64,000 nt of DNA from Camelus ferus (GCF_009834535.1 NC_045696.1:46874001-46938000), one strand, 5' to 3'; positions 26,576 to 39,979 are shown, counted from the stretch's first letter. Translations and numbers: made by a program. Notes: generated from the letters alone by a model not told the origin.

Positions 26576-26883
26576 AAAACAAAAACAAAAACAAACAAAC
26601 AAAAACAAAGCGTAAATAAAGGACAGAAATAGACTCACAGACAGAGAATACAGACTTGTGGTTACCAGGGGGGTGGAGGGTGGGAAGAGATAGACTGGGA
26701 TTTCAAAATTGTAGAATAGACTACACTGTATAGCACAGGGAAATATACACAAAATGTTATGATAACTCACAAAGAAAAAAATGTGACAATGAGTGTGTAT
26801 AAGTGAAAAGTTGTGCTGAACACTGGAATTTGACACAACATTGTAAAATGATTATAAATCAATAAAAAATGTTAAAAAAAAAA
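24907..26883 (+). mobile_element. Young 5'-truncated L1 (about 2 kb): ORF2 C-terminal half, 3' UTR, poly(A), perfect 17-bp TSD
   Basis: ORFs 25107..25982 and 26012..26575 are L1 ORF2p ([42 protein letters not shown]). TSD aaagataaaggaagagg at 24890-24906 and 26884-26900. Confidence 0.97.
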
Positions 26884-27949
26884 AAAGATAAAGGAAGAGG
26901 GAGTGAAAGAGGGCAGGGATACTGATCTGGCACTTGTGAAAGGAGAGGTGGGAGGAAGCAGAATCAAGCTGGGAGTGCTTCTGACCATGATTCAGATCTG
27001 ATGAAATCTTAACCATTACAATGGGAGTCCCAGAGCAAAGATGCCCTGCAGTGGAGCCCCACACTGGATAGGAACGCCCAGGCTCTGACTCCTTGCCATA
27101 CTCACCGATGTCTGGGTCTGCCTAGGATGCATGTGTCCTTGGTTTGAAAGTTGAGGTGGATTCTGCAGGCACGGAAGCTGGATGCTGCCAGCCAACTGCG
27201 CTTCGTGTAGCTGAGTGCCACGTTGTTTTTCAAGAGAACAGGCAAGTGGTGCACCCCCACGGTCAGTATACCAGATAGTGAGTGTTTCTTAGGATACGAT
27301 ATTTTTTCTACAATTCCAACTTAGGTACATAGCTGGATATTGTTTTATTTAGGATACTATGGATTTCTAGTTAGCAAAGTATATAGCACTATATGTCCCA
27401 GTTTGAAAACACTAAATTCCTACCACCAGGGTTAAGGGAGAAAAAAGGGATTGAGCTAGGTTGAGCAACTAAACTTTGATACACTGGATCAGGTCAACTG
27501 TTACAAAAACACAGGTGCTGCCACTCCATTTTTCACATTCATGACGGCCTTGGCTGATTGATCACAATGCTCTTCCTCATGAGTTGTGTTGTCGGCCTCA
27601 AAATTACTCTCAGCATAGCGATCCAGACAGCCGCTACCAATCTATCAATGTTGGCACCTGAGATGGAACCGATTTATCATCCCAGCACTAGGTAATAGGG
27701 GCAGATAGAGGTCTTCCAGCAGGTGTGTGTGCACAAATGTGTGGGTGAGTGCTAGCGAGAGCATGAAGTTGGGGGAAATATAATGAAGATGAACACTTGA
27801 ACTTGTTTATCAGATAGGGACTTAGGTTTCAAAAACTTTTTTTCTAAGTCTGTGAATCCAGAACACACCTCCCTACCCACCAGAAGCAATGTTACAAATA
27901 AGAACCCTACACAAAAGTCAGCACCTAAATTCCTACTTTCTCATATATG

Positions 27950-28380
27950 AGTATTAATAGAGATGCTTTTGGGTTCTGACATAAAATTCAACACTCTTTG
28001 TCCTTATAAAATAAGTTTATTTTCTCTCCCATAATAATAAATTGGTCGATAAGCAACTGCCAGCATAGGTTCAGGACTTTACCAATGCATCCCTATGATT
28101 CTATTGCTACTTTCCTCATAGTTGCAGAATGGCTGTTGTTGTTCCAGGCATTGCCTTCAATGCCAAAATGCCAAAAGATTTTGGAAGTGGGGGTGCTCTA
28201 ATTCATCAGGAAAGAACAAGCTTTCTAAGTAATCTCTCCTAGAAGAACCACTGACTGTCTCTAGCTTCAGGAAGAATGGGGAAAGCACATATTTTGTATT
28301 CCAGCCTGTACAGTGGAAGCTGGCAAGAGAGAGGGGATTGGGAGCAGCTCTTGCATAGCTAACCCATAGCAAACAGCACT
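27950..28380 (-). mobile_element. Old MaLR LTR (MLT1J/K-like)
   Basis: tattaatagagatgcttttgg...ttcctcatagttgcagaatggctgttgttgttccaggcatt. Confidence 0.55.
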
Positions 28381-29209
28381 TACACCTAGAGGGTGGTAGT
28401 AATTGTATTCCAGAGGCTATGGTGACTCTCAGACATTTTTGAGCACATGCGGAAAATATCTGTTTACTCTTCTACTCATTCCCACTTCCCAATTTAAAAA
28501 AAAAAAACACCCTTGATTTAAAAAAAATGAAGTATCTATGTACAAGTATATTTGTTGGGTGAAGATCAATTCTACATACACATTCTTTAGCAAAATAAGT
28601 GCTTATTTTGAGCTTCAAAGGATCTATGTCTTAAAAATCTAGTCACTGGATAATTTTGAGGCAAAATACTACTGATACATTATTTTCACTAGAAGATTAA
28701 CCCAACAACTCACCACAAACAAAATGAGAATTCTAAAATTAAATTAACAATGAATGATAATTAAAAGTAACAATGGCAGAAACTGGAATCTCCAGGCTGC
28801 TCTTAATAACAACCCTCAAAATATACAGCATATTTACTTGAAATTACAGAAGTTCCAAACTATCTTCATGTCTTTGCATGGGTCATATGCCAGAGTTGAA
28901 GATCCTTTGGTTCAATCTTCATAGTATAGAATTAGTTCTTGGTAAACTCTAATACTATGTTAATTTTAGATTATGATACCATATTTTAGTAATCCTTAGT
29001 AATACACTTTGTAGTTTATTAGAAAGCAGCTCTCATCACATGTGAAAAAGAAAATCTAAGGCATTGCATGTCATTTGCTTCCAAGAACTAAAGGAAGAAA
29101 ATTTTGGAGATCAATTTTTGATCCAGTTTTAGATAATATGTTGGACCTTTTTATTTTATTTTATTTTTATTAATTTATTTTTTGTTGGACCCTATTTTAA
29201 AGAATCATG

Positions 29210-29470
29210 ATGTAGCCAAGATGTGGAAACAACCCAAATGTCCATCAGCAGATGACTGGATAAAGAAGTGGTACATATATACAATGGAACACTACTCAGC
29301 CATAAAAAAGAATAAGATGATGCCATTTGCAGCAATATGGATGGACCTGAAGATTGTCATTCTAAGTGAAGTGGGCTGGAAAGAGAAAGAAAAATGCCAC
29401 ATGACATCATTTATATGAAGAATCTAAAAAATAATAACAACAATAATAAGGACACAAATGAACTACTTAT
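29210..29470 (+). mobile_element. L1 ORF2 C-terminal fragment
   Basis: ORF 29182..29418 contains [30 protein letters not shown]. Confidence 0.85.
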
Positions 29471-29560
29471 TATTTATAACTAAGATGATTGATTTCTTAA
29501 ATATGTGTAAGCACATTTTACTGTGCTTTATGATTGGATTACTGCATTCCTTTGATTCTT

Positions 29561-30423
29561 TTTTTTTCTTTTTTGCTTTTATTTTTTATTTTTTTTTACA
29601 TTTTTATTGAGTTATAGTCATTTTACAATGTTGTGTCAAATTCCAGTGTAGAGCACAATTTTTCAGTTATACATGAACATATATATATTCATTGTCACAA
29701 TTTTTTCCTCTGTTAGCTACCATAAGATCTTGTATATATTTCCCTGTGCTATACAGTATAATCTTGTTTATCTATTCTACATTTTGAAATCCCAGTCTGT
29801 CCCTTCCCGCCTCCCGCTCCCTTGGCAACCACAAGTTTGTATTCTATGTCTTTGAGTCTGTTTCTGCTTTGTATTTATGTTTGCTTTTGTTTTTTTTTTT
29901 TTCATATTCCACATATGAGCAATCTCATATGGTATTTTTCTTTCTGTTTCTGGCTTACTTCACTTAGAATGACATTCTCCAGAAACATCCATGTTGCTGC
30001 AAATGGCATTATGTTGTCAGTTTTTATGGCTAAATAGTATTCCATCGTATAAATATGCCACACCTTCTTTATCTAGTCATCTGTTGATGGACATTTAGGC
30101 TGTTTCCATGTCTTGGATATTGTAAATAGTGCTGCTATGAACATTGGGGTGCAGGTATCTTTTTGAAGTAGGGTTCCTTCTGGATATATGCCCAGGAGTG
30201 GGTTTCCTGGGTCATATGGTAAGTCTATTCCTAGTCTTTTGAGGAATCTCCATACTGTTTTCCACAGCGGCTGTACCAAACTGCATTCCCACCAGCAGTG
30301 TAGGAGGGTTCCCCTTTCTTCACAGCCTCTCCAGCATTTGTCATTTGTGGATTTTTGAATGACTGCCATTCTGACTGATGTGAGGTGATACCTCATTGGA
30401 GTTTTGATTTGCATTTCTCTGTA
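29561..30423 (-). mobile_element. Young 5'-truncated L1, same subfamily as 24907-26883
   Basis: ORF 30073..30414 carries the CCHC region; poly(T) on plus; TSD ttgattctt at 29552-29560 and 30424-30432. Confidence 0.93.
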
Positions 30424-33400
30424 TTGATTCTTACTTTGTAGTTGGCTTTATTCCTTTGATAACTATGTAAGTTTAAAAAGCTAAAGTTCTAATCTGTTCT
30501 TAGAAACAATAATCAATACATATATGTAAACTAAAAAAAAGCGCAGTATACTGTATGTATGTATTTACATGCAATGTAATGTATATGTGCAGTCAAACTG
30601 CAATAATTCTACCTAATAAAACTGAAAAAGGAAAGAAAGAGAAAGAAAAAAGAATCTTGATGTAGTAGAGGAGAGAACTTCTGGTTTGAAGTCCATACTT
30701 GGATTTGAATTTTCACTCCACCTCTGGGGACTCCTTGGGGCAGGTCTCCAAAGCCCAGTTTCCTCATCAGTAGACTGGATACTAATATGGAAACTCTACT
30801 TACAACCAAGTTATAAATGAATCCATTTGTTGGAAAATCCAAAGTGACTAAGCTTGCAATCCCAAATGCATTTCCAGGAATAGGAGTGTGAATCAGCTCT
30901 GCGAACTTTTATCTAAGGCTAGTGTTCTTGTTCATATGTGTGCTGTGCTGTGCACGCCTAGCTGAGACAATAGTGCTTGGCACACAGAAGCCATTGAATA
31001 TACATCTTTTGAATGAGTGAATCATGCATTTCCTCCCAATTATCCTTGTTTGTGTCTACTGGAAGTCTGTGGAGGCAGATACCTGCTCTCCTTGGGAATC
31101 TCCCAGCATCCTGGGCTGCTGCTTAGCAGTCTGTCCCCATTCTCACCACCTCGCCCCTCGTGTGGATGTAGGGAGGATTGGAAGAGGCCTTCTCTTTGGC
31201 TAGAGACAAGAGTCTCAGGAGGAGAGCCCCATCGGCTAGTCCTTAAACTTCTCTGATCACTAGAATTAACCCGAGGTTCCTACCTACGCTGTGTCTAGCC
31301 ACACACTCAAATAGTGTTCCCCTGGGCCTTCGTCCATTTTGCTGTTGCTGTTCATGGGCGCAGGCAAAGCATTTCATGTGTTACATGATTTGCTCTTTGT
31401 CCTTCAGAATCATTTTTACTCTTGAATAATTCATTCTATATTCACATGAAACATTTCTCCTTTTCTCACCACTTTAAAATTTTAAAAATCTCTTCTGTCT
31501 CCATGGTAATTGTATATCTTGACAGACTTTTAACACTCTCAGTGCTCTTGGACTTGCTGGACCTGATGTGGTTAATACTGCTTGAGAAAATGTCTTAAAA
31601 ACACAAACACAGCAAAATGCACGGATGGCAAGCAATGCAATTTTAGAGTCCAACAGGCAGCAGCACACGCCCCGACACATCTGCTGGTACCATGGAGCAG
31701 GCTCTCATAGGAGGGTTTTGTTTTTAAAATGTGAACATCCATAGGTTGAAAGTCAGCATGGAGGAGATTGACTGTAATTAATCTACTTTCATCGTGGGTT
31801 TGTTGTTGGGATAAAGTGAAAGTGAAAATGTAAAATGCTATTCAGATCTTTGTTACCATTTCCAAGAAGCATGCCCCATTCCTGCACTTCCCTGTTGGGC
31901 CACCAGGGACAGATCTTTGTTCTACAGCAAAAGTGGGAACTCTAAACTCAGTCTCTCCCTCTTCATCCCAAACACACACGTATGCCTTCAGGCATCCTCT
32001 CTCTTTTTTAAATTTCTCTTTCTCTTTCTTCACTCTCTTTTTTTACCTTCCTTTGCCTTTGTGATATTTGCAAGTTTAAAAACCTCACTGATACTGTTGT
32101 AGATAAATATATATGGACCAGGTGGACCAATAAGGAAGTCAGTACATAAAGTGACCAACACTCAGTAAAGATGTCTAACTCCTATATGTCTGTTTCAACC
32201 TGAGTGTGTACATGTTTTGTTTACACACAGTCACACGCACACACATGATCTCACTTAAATCTCCCAACAGCCTTACTTTATAATAATTTTATGCCCCTTT
32301 TTTTGGATGAAAAGAGAAATCAGGTAATTATAAGTAACTACACACAAACACACACACACCCCACTACTGGTAAGAGAGGTAGGGACTCTGGGTCACTAAG
32401 CGCCAATCTCTCAGGGCAGGAAGGAGTGTAGAAACAAAATTCTTGGTTGCTGATAACTTGTGAACGTTCTCCGTGTTCACAAGGGAACAATTCCTATAGT
32501 TTACTTAAGCAAATCGTTTGACAAACGTTTTAAATTGGAGTGAAAAAGAACACAGGTTGAGATTAGGGTGAGGGATTTTTATTACATTCCAAGGCACCTA
32601 TATAAATGACGTCGTGGTTATGTTTAGTTGGAAGCTTTTCTAAATAATAAAGAGGAGACTCATTTACTGGCCCTTCTGACAGGCTCTAGGAATCAGGGAG
32701 TGTAGATGCCGGCATGTGTTCATGAAATGTAATCAAATAATGAACAACCAATTTTTGTGTTGAGTTATGAACCCCACAGCTATAAACAATTTACATAGAA
32801 GGAGGGGTCATAGAGATAACCTGCAGGAAAACAAGACGGATTTTTCCAGCCAAACTTGGCTTGGCGCTCAGCTACCCTAGATATATTGCCAGATTTTATG
32901 AAGATATTTTTCCTCTCACACTTCACTTTCACTATCTAGAAGCCAAGTTGAGGCATTTTCCTTGATAAGAGGGACTTGTAAGGACTAGCTCAAGAGCAGA
33001 GTGAGCTTTAGGCAAAACTAAATGGAGGGGAAAGATGGCTGTAGCTGCACCTTGTTTCAGTGTCTTGAGTCCCAGCCCTACCCTCACCCCCAGGCACCTC
33101 AAATCTCTGCAGACACAAAACCCCCATAGAAGCAGCTCCCTGCTCTTAATTTCCCTGGGCTTAATTTCCATTCCACCAACATCAAAATATAATAATTTTA
33201 ATATTTATTTCTTCAGAGCCTCACTTTTGAAGATTAGTTTGTGCTAATACCCACAGTTCTTATGATCTAAAAATGTTTTTCTCCTGAGTAAGTGGTTTGC
33301 ATTTTCACAAGGATTTAAAAAATGCCCTAGTTCAGAAGAATGGCATCATAGGATTATTAAAATCCCGCTTCCTCCAGGAAGCATCCCCTGCCTTCTTCCA

Positions 33401-33720
33401 CCTTCATAGGTTAAAAGTTTCCAGTAAGGCTCTTGAGCGAGGTGTACTTTTCTTGCCATGGCACTGAGAACACATTACCATGATTGTTTAATTGTCCCCT
33501 TTCTGGACCCACTGTGAGTTCGTGTGTGCACAGCCATATGTATATTCACATTATATGAACTCCCACCACCTAGTCTGTGATGAAATACTTGGAGGACCTC
33601 AGCAAATACTTGTGGATTGAAGAATGAATGAACAGTGCTGAGAATTTCAGGAGCTATAGAAAAGTGATGGGGTGAGCGGAGAGCAGCAGTTTTTAAAATA
33701 AAGTGCATACTTTATTCATA

Positions 33721-33823
33721 TTTCCTTTTGTTTCCTTTTTTTAGAAATGGAGATACTGAGGATTGAACCCAGGACCTTGCACATGCTAAGCTCGCACTCT
33801 ACCCCTGAACTATACTCACCCCC
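33721..33823 (-). mobile_element. tRNA-Ala-derived SINE of camelid vic-1 type
   Basis: Minus strand ggggtgagtatagttcaggggtagagtgcgagcttagcatgtgcaaggtcctgggttcaatcctcagtatctccatt plus an A-rich tail; A box and B box (GGTTCAATCC) present. Confidence 0.85.
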
Positions 33824-34202
33824 AGCAGCATATGGAGGCCAGATGGCTTTTATTTGTGCCTCCTACTTAGTTATTTCATAAGGCTAGAAGGCCCTTCCGA
33901 CAAACCTCTGAAAACAGCACTTGAAGATAACAGACAGATTTCAGTGTCACTTTATGTGCTTTTGAAGCCCACTCAGTGTTGGATGTAAATGATTAAGGAG
34001 TGCAGCCTTGATTTCCTGTGGCCACAGGTACCGTTCAGATACAGAAATTATGCAGAAGGAGTCATGCATCCACATTTTAAAGGAATCCATTGTTCAGGTT
34101 GAAACCAACATTAAAATTACTTCTTCTGCTAGCAGGAGCAGATAATGAGAAGAAAAACAAAAGTACAAGTCTCCCTATCTCCACAGGAAGACATAGAAAA
34201 GG

Positions 34203-34985
34203 GTAGTCCCTCTCATTTGCTATTTTGTTTTCTGAGGTTTCAATTATCCACAGTCAATCTCAGTCAGAAAAGTTTAAATGGAAATTCCAGAAATAAAAAT
34301 TTCGTAAGTTTTAAGTTGCATGCTATTCTGAGCAGTGTGATGAAACTCGCTCCATCCCGTCCTGGATGTGAATCAGCCCTTTGTCCAGCATGTCCTGCCC
34401 CAGGGGGTCATCTAGGTTATCATCTCAACTATCGAGGTATCACAATGCTTGTGTTCAGTTAACCCAAATTTACTTAATAATGGCCTAAAGCACCAGGGTA
34501 GTGATGTTGACAATTCAGTTTGAGTATGCCAAAGAGAAGCCATCAAGTGCTATCCAAATTTAAATGAAAAGGTAAAAGTTCTTGACTTCATAAGAAAAGA
34601 AAAAAATCATATGCTGAGGTTGCCAAGATCTGTGGTAAGAATGAATCTTCCATTCATGAAATTGTGAAGAAGGAAAAAGAAATTCACTGCAGTGCTTGAT
34701 AAGTGCTTAGTTAAGATGGAATAGGTATTAAATTTGTACAATAAGATATTTTGAGAAAGAGACCACATTCACATAACTTTTTTATAGTATATCATTATTA
34801 TTATTCTATTTTATTATGAGTTATTGTTGTTAATCTCTTACTGTGCCTAATTTATCAATTAAACTTTATCATAGGTATGTATGTATATGAAAAAACATAG
34901 TAAGTACAGAGTTTGGTACTGTGGTTTTAGGCATCCACTGGGCGGTTTTGGAATGTGCCCTCCTGAGGATAAGGGCAGGGGGCCT
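34203..34985 (+). mobile_element. MER44/Tigger7-derived DNA transposon
   Basis: gtagtccctctc...aaatggaaattccagaaataaa...ccctttgtccagc...atatgctgaggttgccaagatc...ggcatccactggg...ggataaggg. Confidence 0.85.
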
Positions 34986-35667
34986 CTCTGATCAGATAAA
35001 AAAGAGAAAGAAGCCTTTTGGGAAACAAAAATGAAAAGAGAAGCATTTCGACGCCATCTTAAGTTAACAGTGGCTAGCATTTTGACTCAATCAGCAGAGA
35101 CTATGAGATCCTCCTTAGCAATACAGTGATAAGAGCTCTTCTCAAAATAAAGTGAACTTGGAGCAAGTGAATGAGAAAACACTGAGAACAGGGGCGAGCT
35201 CAGACACAGCCTCTCTGAGCAGGCGGGGAGGGCTCAGCTGAACAACACGAGGAGGAAAGGAAAGTTTACCCCAGGCCAGAGACTACTCTGTTAACCTTTC
35301 CCGAGGGAGTCTTCTTCAGGTCTTAGTGAGGAGGAATCGTAAGTTCTATCAGAACCCCACTGTATGGAACATACAGCTTATCAGCACAACTATGGCTGAG
35401 TCAACTGTAGGGCTCAGTATTATGGCACACGGCCATTTTCACTTCTTTCTTTTGCTTTTTTCCTTATCTTTTTTCCTTACTCTCTCTCTTTCACTTCCCT
35501 TTGTCTTTATAATACCTCGAGCCAAAGAACCTCTTTGATGCTGTTATGAATAAATATATATGGACCAGGTGGACCAGTAAAGAAGTTAATACATGAAGTA
35601 GACAAAAATAAAAATATCTAACTTCCACATGTCTGTTTCAATCTGAACGTTACATGTTTCATTTACA

Positions 35668-35671
<4 letters not shown>

Positions 35672-35699
<28 letters not shown>
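35672..35699. repeat. (CA)n microsatellite
   Basis: About 14 consecutive CA units. Confidence 0.9.
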
Positions 35700-35702
<3 letters not shown>

Positions 35703-35754
35703 CCTCATTTAATTACCCCAACAGCCCTACTCTATACTAATTTTATGCCTACTT

Positions 35755-36050
35755 AAAAAAATTTTTTATTGAAGTATATTGATGAACAATATTATATAAG
35801 TTACAGGTGAACAATATAATGATTCGCAATTTTTAAAGGTTTTACTCCATTTCTAGTTATTAGAAAATATTGGCTATAGTCCCCATGTTGTACAATGTAT
35901 CCTTGTAGCTTATTTTAGACACAATAGTTTGCACCTCTTAATCTCCTACTGCTGTTTTATCCCTCTCTCCTTCCCTCTCCCCACTGGTAACCATCACTTT
36001 TTTCTCCATATCTGTGAGTCTGCTTCTTTTTCACTAGTTTGTTTTGGAAT
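35755..36050 (-). mobile_element. L1 3' tail
   Basis: ttttttattgaagtatattgat...ccctctccccactggtaacc...tatctgtgagtctgcttct. Confidence 0.85.
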
Positions 36051-36177
36051 CTTAAAAAAATGCCTATTCTTTAAGATGAATAAACAAATCAGATAAGTTA
36101 AGTAGCTTGGCCAATGACAACTAGAATGTAGAGCATGAATTTAAAACAGGTTAGGTCTGCTTCCAAAGCTTTTCCTC

Positions 36178-36480
36178 TTTTTTTTTTTAAAACTCTTTTT
36201 TTAATTGAAGTGTAGTTGATTCACAATTTTAGTTTCAAGTGTACAGCAAAGTGTTTCAGTTTTTATATGTGTATATATATATACATATATATACATACAC
36301 ATATATACACACATACATACAAATATATATTTTCAGTTTCTTTTACATTACGGCTCATTACAAGAAATTAAATATAGTTCCCTGTGCTATACAATAGGTC
36401 CTTGTTGTTTATTTTATATACAGTAATGTGTATCTGTTAATCCCAAACTCCTAATCTATCCCAACTTCCCCTTCCCCAGG
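36178..36480 (-). mobile_element. L1 3' tail
   Basis: ttaattgaagtgtagttgattcacaat...atagttccctgtgctatacaataggtccttgttg...ttaatcccaaactcc. Confidence 0.85.
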
Positions 36481-39221
36481 GAAATCACCAAAGACTTTAT
36501 TCTTTTCCCTGCATATCTTGGCAATAATAGGTACAAAGTAGGACCAAATCAATGTTGCAATTATTGTTTAGCTTAGATAAAGACATAATATCCTCATTCA
36601 TAAGGAAGTACACTTCCCAACTCTTGAAGGGGAAATTGTTTTAAAGCTGTAAGATACAACTGAAGACTCAGAAGCCATCCATGCACAAGGTTTTAAACTC
36701 AGCATCTTCATGAGTTCCTTCTTCCTTTGTCCTGGGCCAGTGGCCACGTTCCTGGTATGGAGATCTCATCTGGAGTAGGTATTCCTGGATTGGTGCCTGA
36801 GGCTCCAAGGCTTGGGCAGTTTCCTCCAGGATCCTGCACACCTTACATAAGTACCTGCCCAGGTGTGTGGCAGGCCCTGGCACCTGTTCAGAATCCACCA
36901 CTCCTACTTCTCCCTATGTGACTTACTACATAACCTGGTACAGGACCAGAATGTTGATATATTTGAATTTGCTCAGATGCCAAATCACAAGGTTTATATT
37001 TGGAACTCTGAGAATTGATGGGGAGAATAAATAGAATTAGAATTCATACATACGAACACCATGAAGTACTTTGAGCTTCACTAAAAGGGAAGACATACAC
37101 AACATTACATTTAGAAATTGTTTAGGAGCAGCAAATGGAGAGAAGCAACATCTTGCTTAAAAAAAAACCCACATCACAACCCCTTCATTATGTGTGGCAC
37201 ACAATTTAACAGGTGTGTGATTTATTCATTTATTCACAGACTCATGGACAAACCATTCCATCACAGCACTATTGTCTGTGAAGCAAAACACATTTACAAC
37301 AAACTGTACCAGCTTCTTCAGAGACATTGAATTAGCTGATCTCCAGAAATCCTTTGCTGCCAGTTGAAAAATAGGGTTAATAATCACCAAAATGGTGAAC
37401 GTGAATAAACTTTACCTCGATGAACTCTTTTCCATAGTGGAAATTCTGGGTCATCTATAACCAGTGCTTGATATAAAAGGAAAAAACATTTTTGTGTATT
37501 ACTTCCATTGGAGAAATAATGAAAAATAATAGTTTCTCTACATACATCTGGGAATGGTTGGTGGCTCTCTTGGGAGAGGTGCTGTAGCCCTGCCCTTCCC
37601 GGCTTCCTCAGCTCTTCTCTTGGTTTTCTGGTCGGTGAGACTGGGGAAAGCATCACTTACTTGGCCATGTTTCCTTACTGTGCTAAGTTAAATGTTGATA
37701 GGTCTCTGCTCTTTTTCTCCCAGTTTCTCAGACCCAAGTGCTCCTAGGATCTGCACTTGCCTGCCTCAAGTCTCCCAGTGGTTAGCTTGTCACTAGCTTG
37801 TTCTTGCTTCTCCACTTGCAGGTGGGTAATAAGTCACAGTCCAGTGGGTCCCCAGGTGTAGGCACAGAGCAGAGAACTAGTAGGTCCGGCTGTACTTCCC
37901 GCACAGGTTAACAAAGTGCCTGGTGCTCCCTGGCCCAGAACAGCAAGCTGAGACTGTGCTTGGATGGCGCAGCGTCACCCTATCTGGTGTTCCTGCTGGT
38001 CAAGCTGAGAGTGTGCTTTCATTCTCCACCTACTCCTTTTGCCAAGTCCTTAACTGCGTGGAATTGGAAGATGAGGACTGGATGAGTGATTTTTACTCTG
38101 GCCCCAAGCTCCAACAGAATGAGAGGACTCCTGAAGAGAAGCAGGTCAGCAAGACGGCAGCTAGGGTGGGGCGAGGGGTGAAGAGAATTTCATCCTTGAG
38201 GTGTGTGTGGAGAGATGGCCACTTATCACTTTCCATCTGCCTTTAATACATGACAGCGCACTGATTTAGAAAACTAAAAAGCTACATTCAAAATGATCCC
38301 AGGGGCTCTAATGCTGTTGGCACAGTAGGAAACATGCAATCAATAAGTAAACAGATCATGTCAGTCTGGAGAACTTTCAGAACAACAGGAAAAAAAAAAT
38401 TAAGGTAGATTTAGTCTATTTAAATATTTCCCAAGATCTTGTTAAATTTCAGGTAATAATGTTTCTTCCTTTGAACTGCATTGCATGTTTGCCTTTGACT
38501 GAAAATAGTCTGGTCTAGAGACCATTTGATATTCACCCTGTGACTATTTTAGTATTGGGGCTGGACCAAAAGAAATTCATGCTCAATGAAATGATTTTCA
38601 CTTACTGAGACGAATTCACTTTTTGCTTCCTTCAGCAATTCATCAATCTGATGGGAGAAATAGAAGCTATCATAATAATGAGAATAGACTTCTAGGAGCC
38701 TGAGCCAACAGCAATACTTTAGTAATGCAAATTCTATTGCTATATATTTGGTTTCAGTCCAAATTTGCTTTTAATTAAGTTTTCTTGCCATTGCATGCAG
38801 CCCCCCCACACACACCACGCCACATTTACATATATAGTTTTTTTCATAGCACGGGTATCACATTTGACCAGATCCTATTGTCAGCAGACAACATTGCTAA
38901 TGACATGGGTGACATCACTATTACTATCATCATTATCATCATTTCGATAAGCATTTTTAGAACATTTTGAATGTGGCTGTCAACTAGGTTTTGGATAAAG
39001 CCAATACTTCCTGTCTGATGTATTATATCCCCAAACAATATTGCTAGTTGAGAATAACAGAGAAGATACATTTTTTTTAAGTAACATATTAACATATAAG
39101 TATCAAAATTTCAGACTGTGCCATGACTGAACTTACATAACATAGAACACTCTAAAACTCTAAAACTAGAAGTGCTACCAAATTCTGTCATTTCATTGTG
39201 TCTTTTTAAAAGTAAATAATT

Positions 39222-39395
39222 AATTTTTTAAAAAATTGAAGTACAGTCAATTATAATATGTCAATTTCTGGTGTATAGCACAATGTCCCAGTCATGCATA
39301 TACATACATATATTTGTTTTCATATTATTTTTTCATTAAAAGTTGTTACAAGATATTGAACATAGTTCCCTGTGTGATACAGAGGAAACTTTTTT
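39222..39395 (-). mobile_element. L1 3' tail
   Basis: aattgaagtacagtcaattataatatgtcaatttctggtgtatagc...acaagatattgaacatagttccctgtg. Confidence 0.8.
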
Positions 39396-39979
39396 TCAGT
39401 GTTTCTGTACAGAACAATTTTAAATATTTCTAAGGTAGGCATCTATCCATCCAAGAATGGTATGAAAAATCCTGTGGCTCCTCCCTTCTTGTCCCCCTGT
39501 CTTTATTAGGATGCTCTGGGCATCCCATGGATAGCAGCCATTTCCTGGTCCTTAGCTCCTTGGTTTCTGACCTGCTCCCAGGCTATTTCCAGCTTGTTTC
39601 TGACTCTGCTTATTGTCCCTTACTCTCTATCTCCCTTTATTCCTTGAACCAGGCCTTTGATTTTGGGCTCGCTTCAAGGACTCTGACCTCCCTTTCTATC
39701 TGCTTTAAAAGGGATAACCCACCCTAGCCGGTTCCATATATGGCTGCTGACCTAGTTTGTCTGGTGGGAGGATTTGGATAGCACAGATTCAGGCTGTAAC
39801 GTGGTTGTTATTCATCTTTCTTTATACAGCCATTAAGCATTAGATTTCCACAAGGTTTAGTCCTTTTGCCAAGTCCTAAACTGGGTCCTAACACTAACTG
39901 TACTCTCTGGAAGAAGGAAAGTCCACACTTACTGACTGGTTAGTAAGATAGTTCCTAGGTTCTGAGAACCATGATAAGA

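Larger units (their letters stand above)
24810..27270 (-). mobile_element. ERVL LTR (LTR16-like) split by the young L1
   Basis: tgtataagtttgggtcctccaggaagctgacactgatggag resumes after the L1 as gtgaaaggagaggtgggaggaagcagaat...gggagtcccagagcaaagatgccc. Confidence 0.6.

Noticed and set aside
33746..33823. Functional tRNA-Ala gene
   Set aside because: Mismatched stems, altered anticodon loop and an A-rich tail indicate a SINE.
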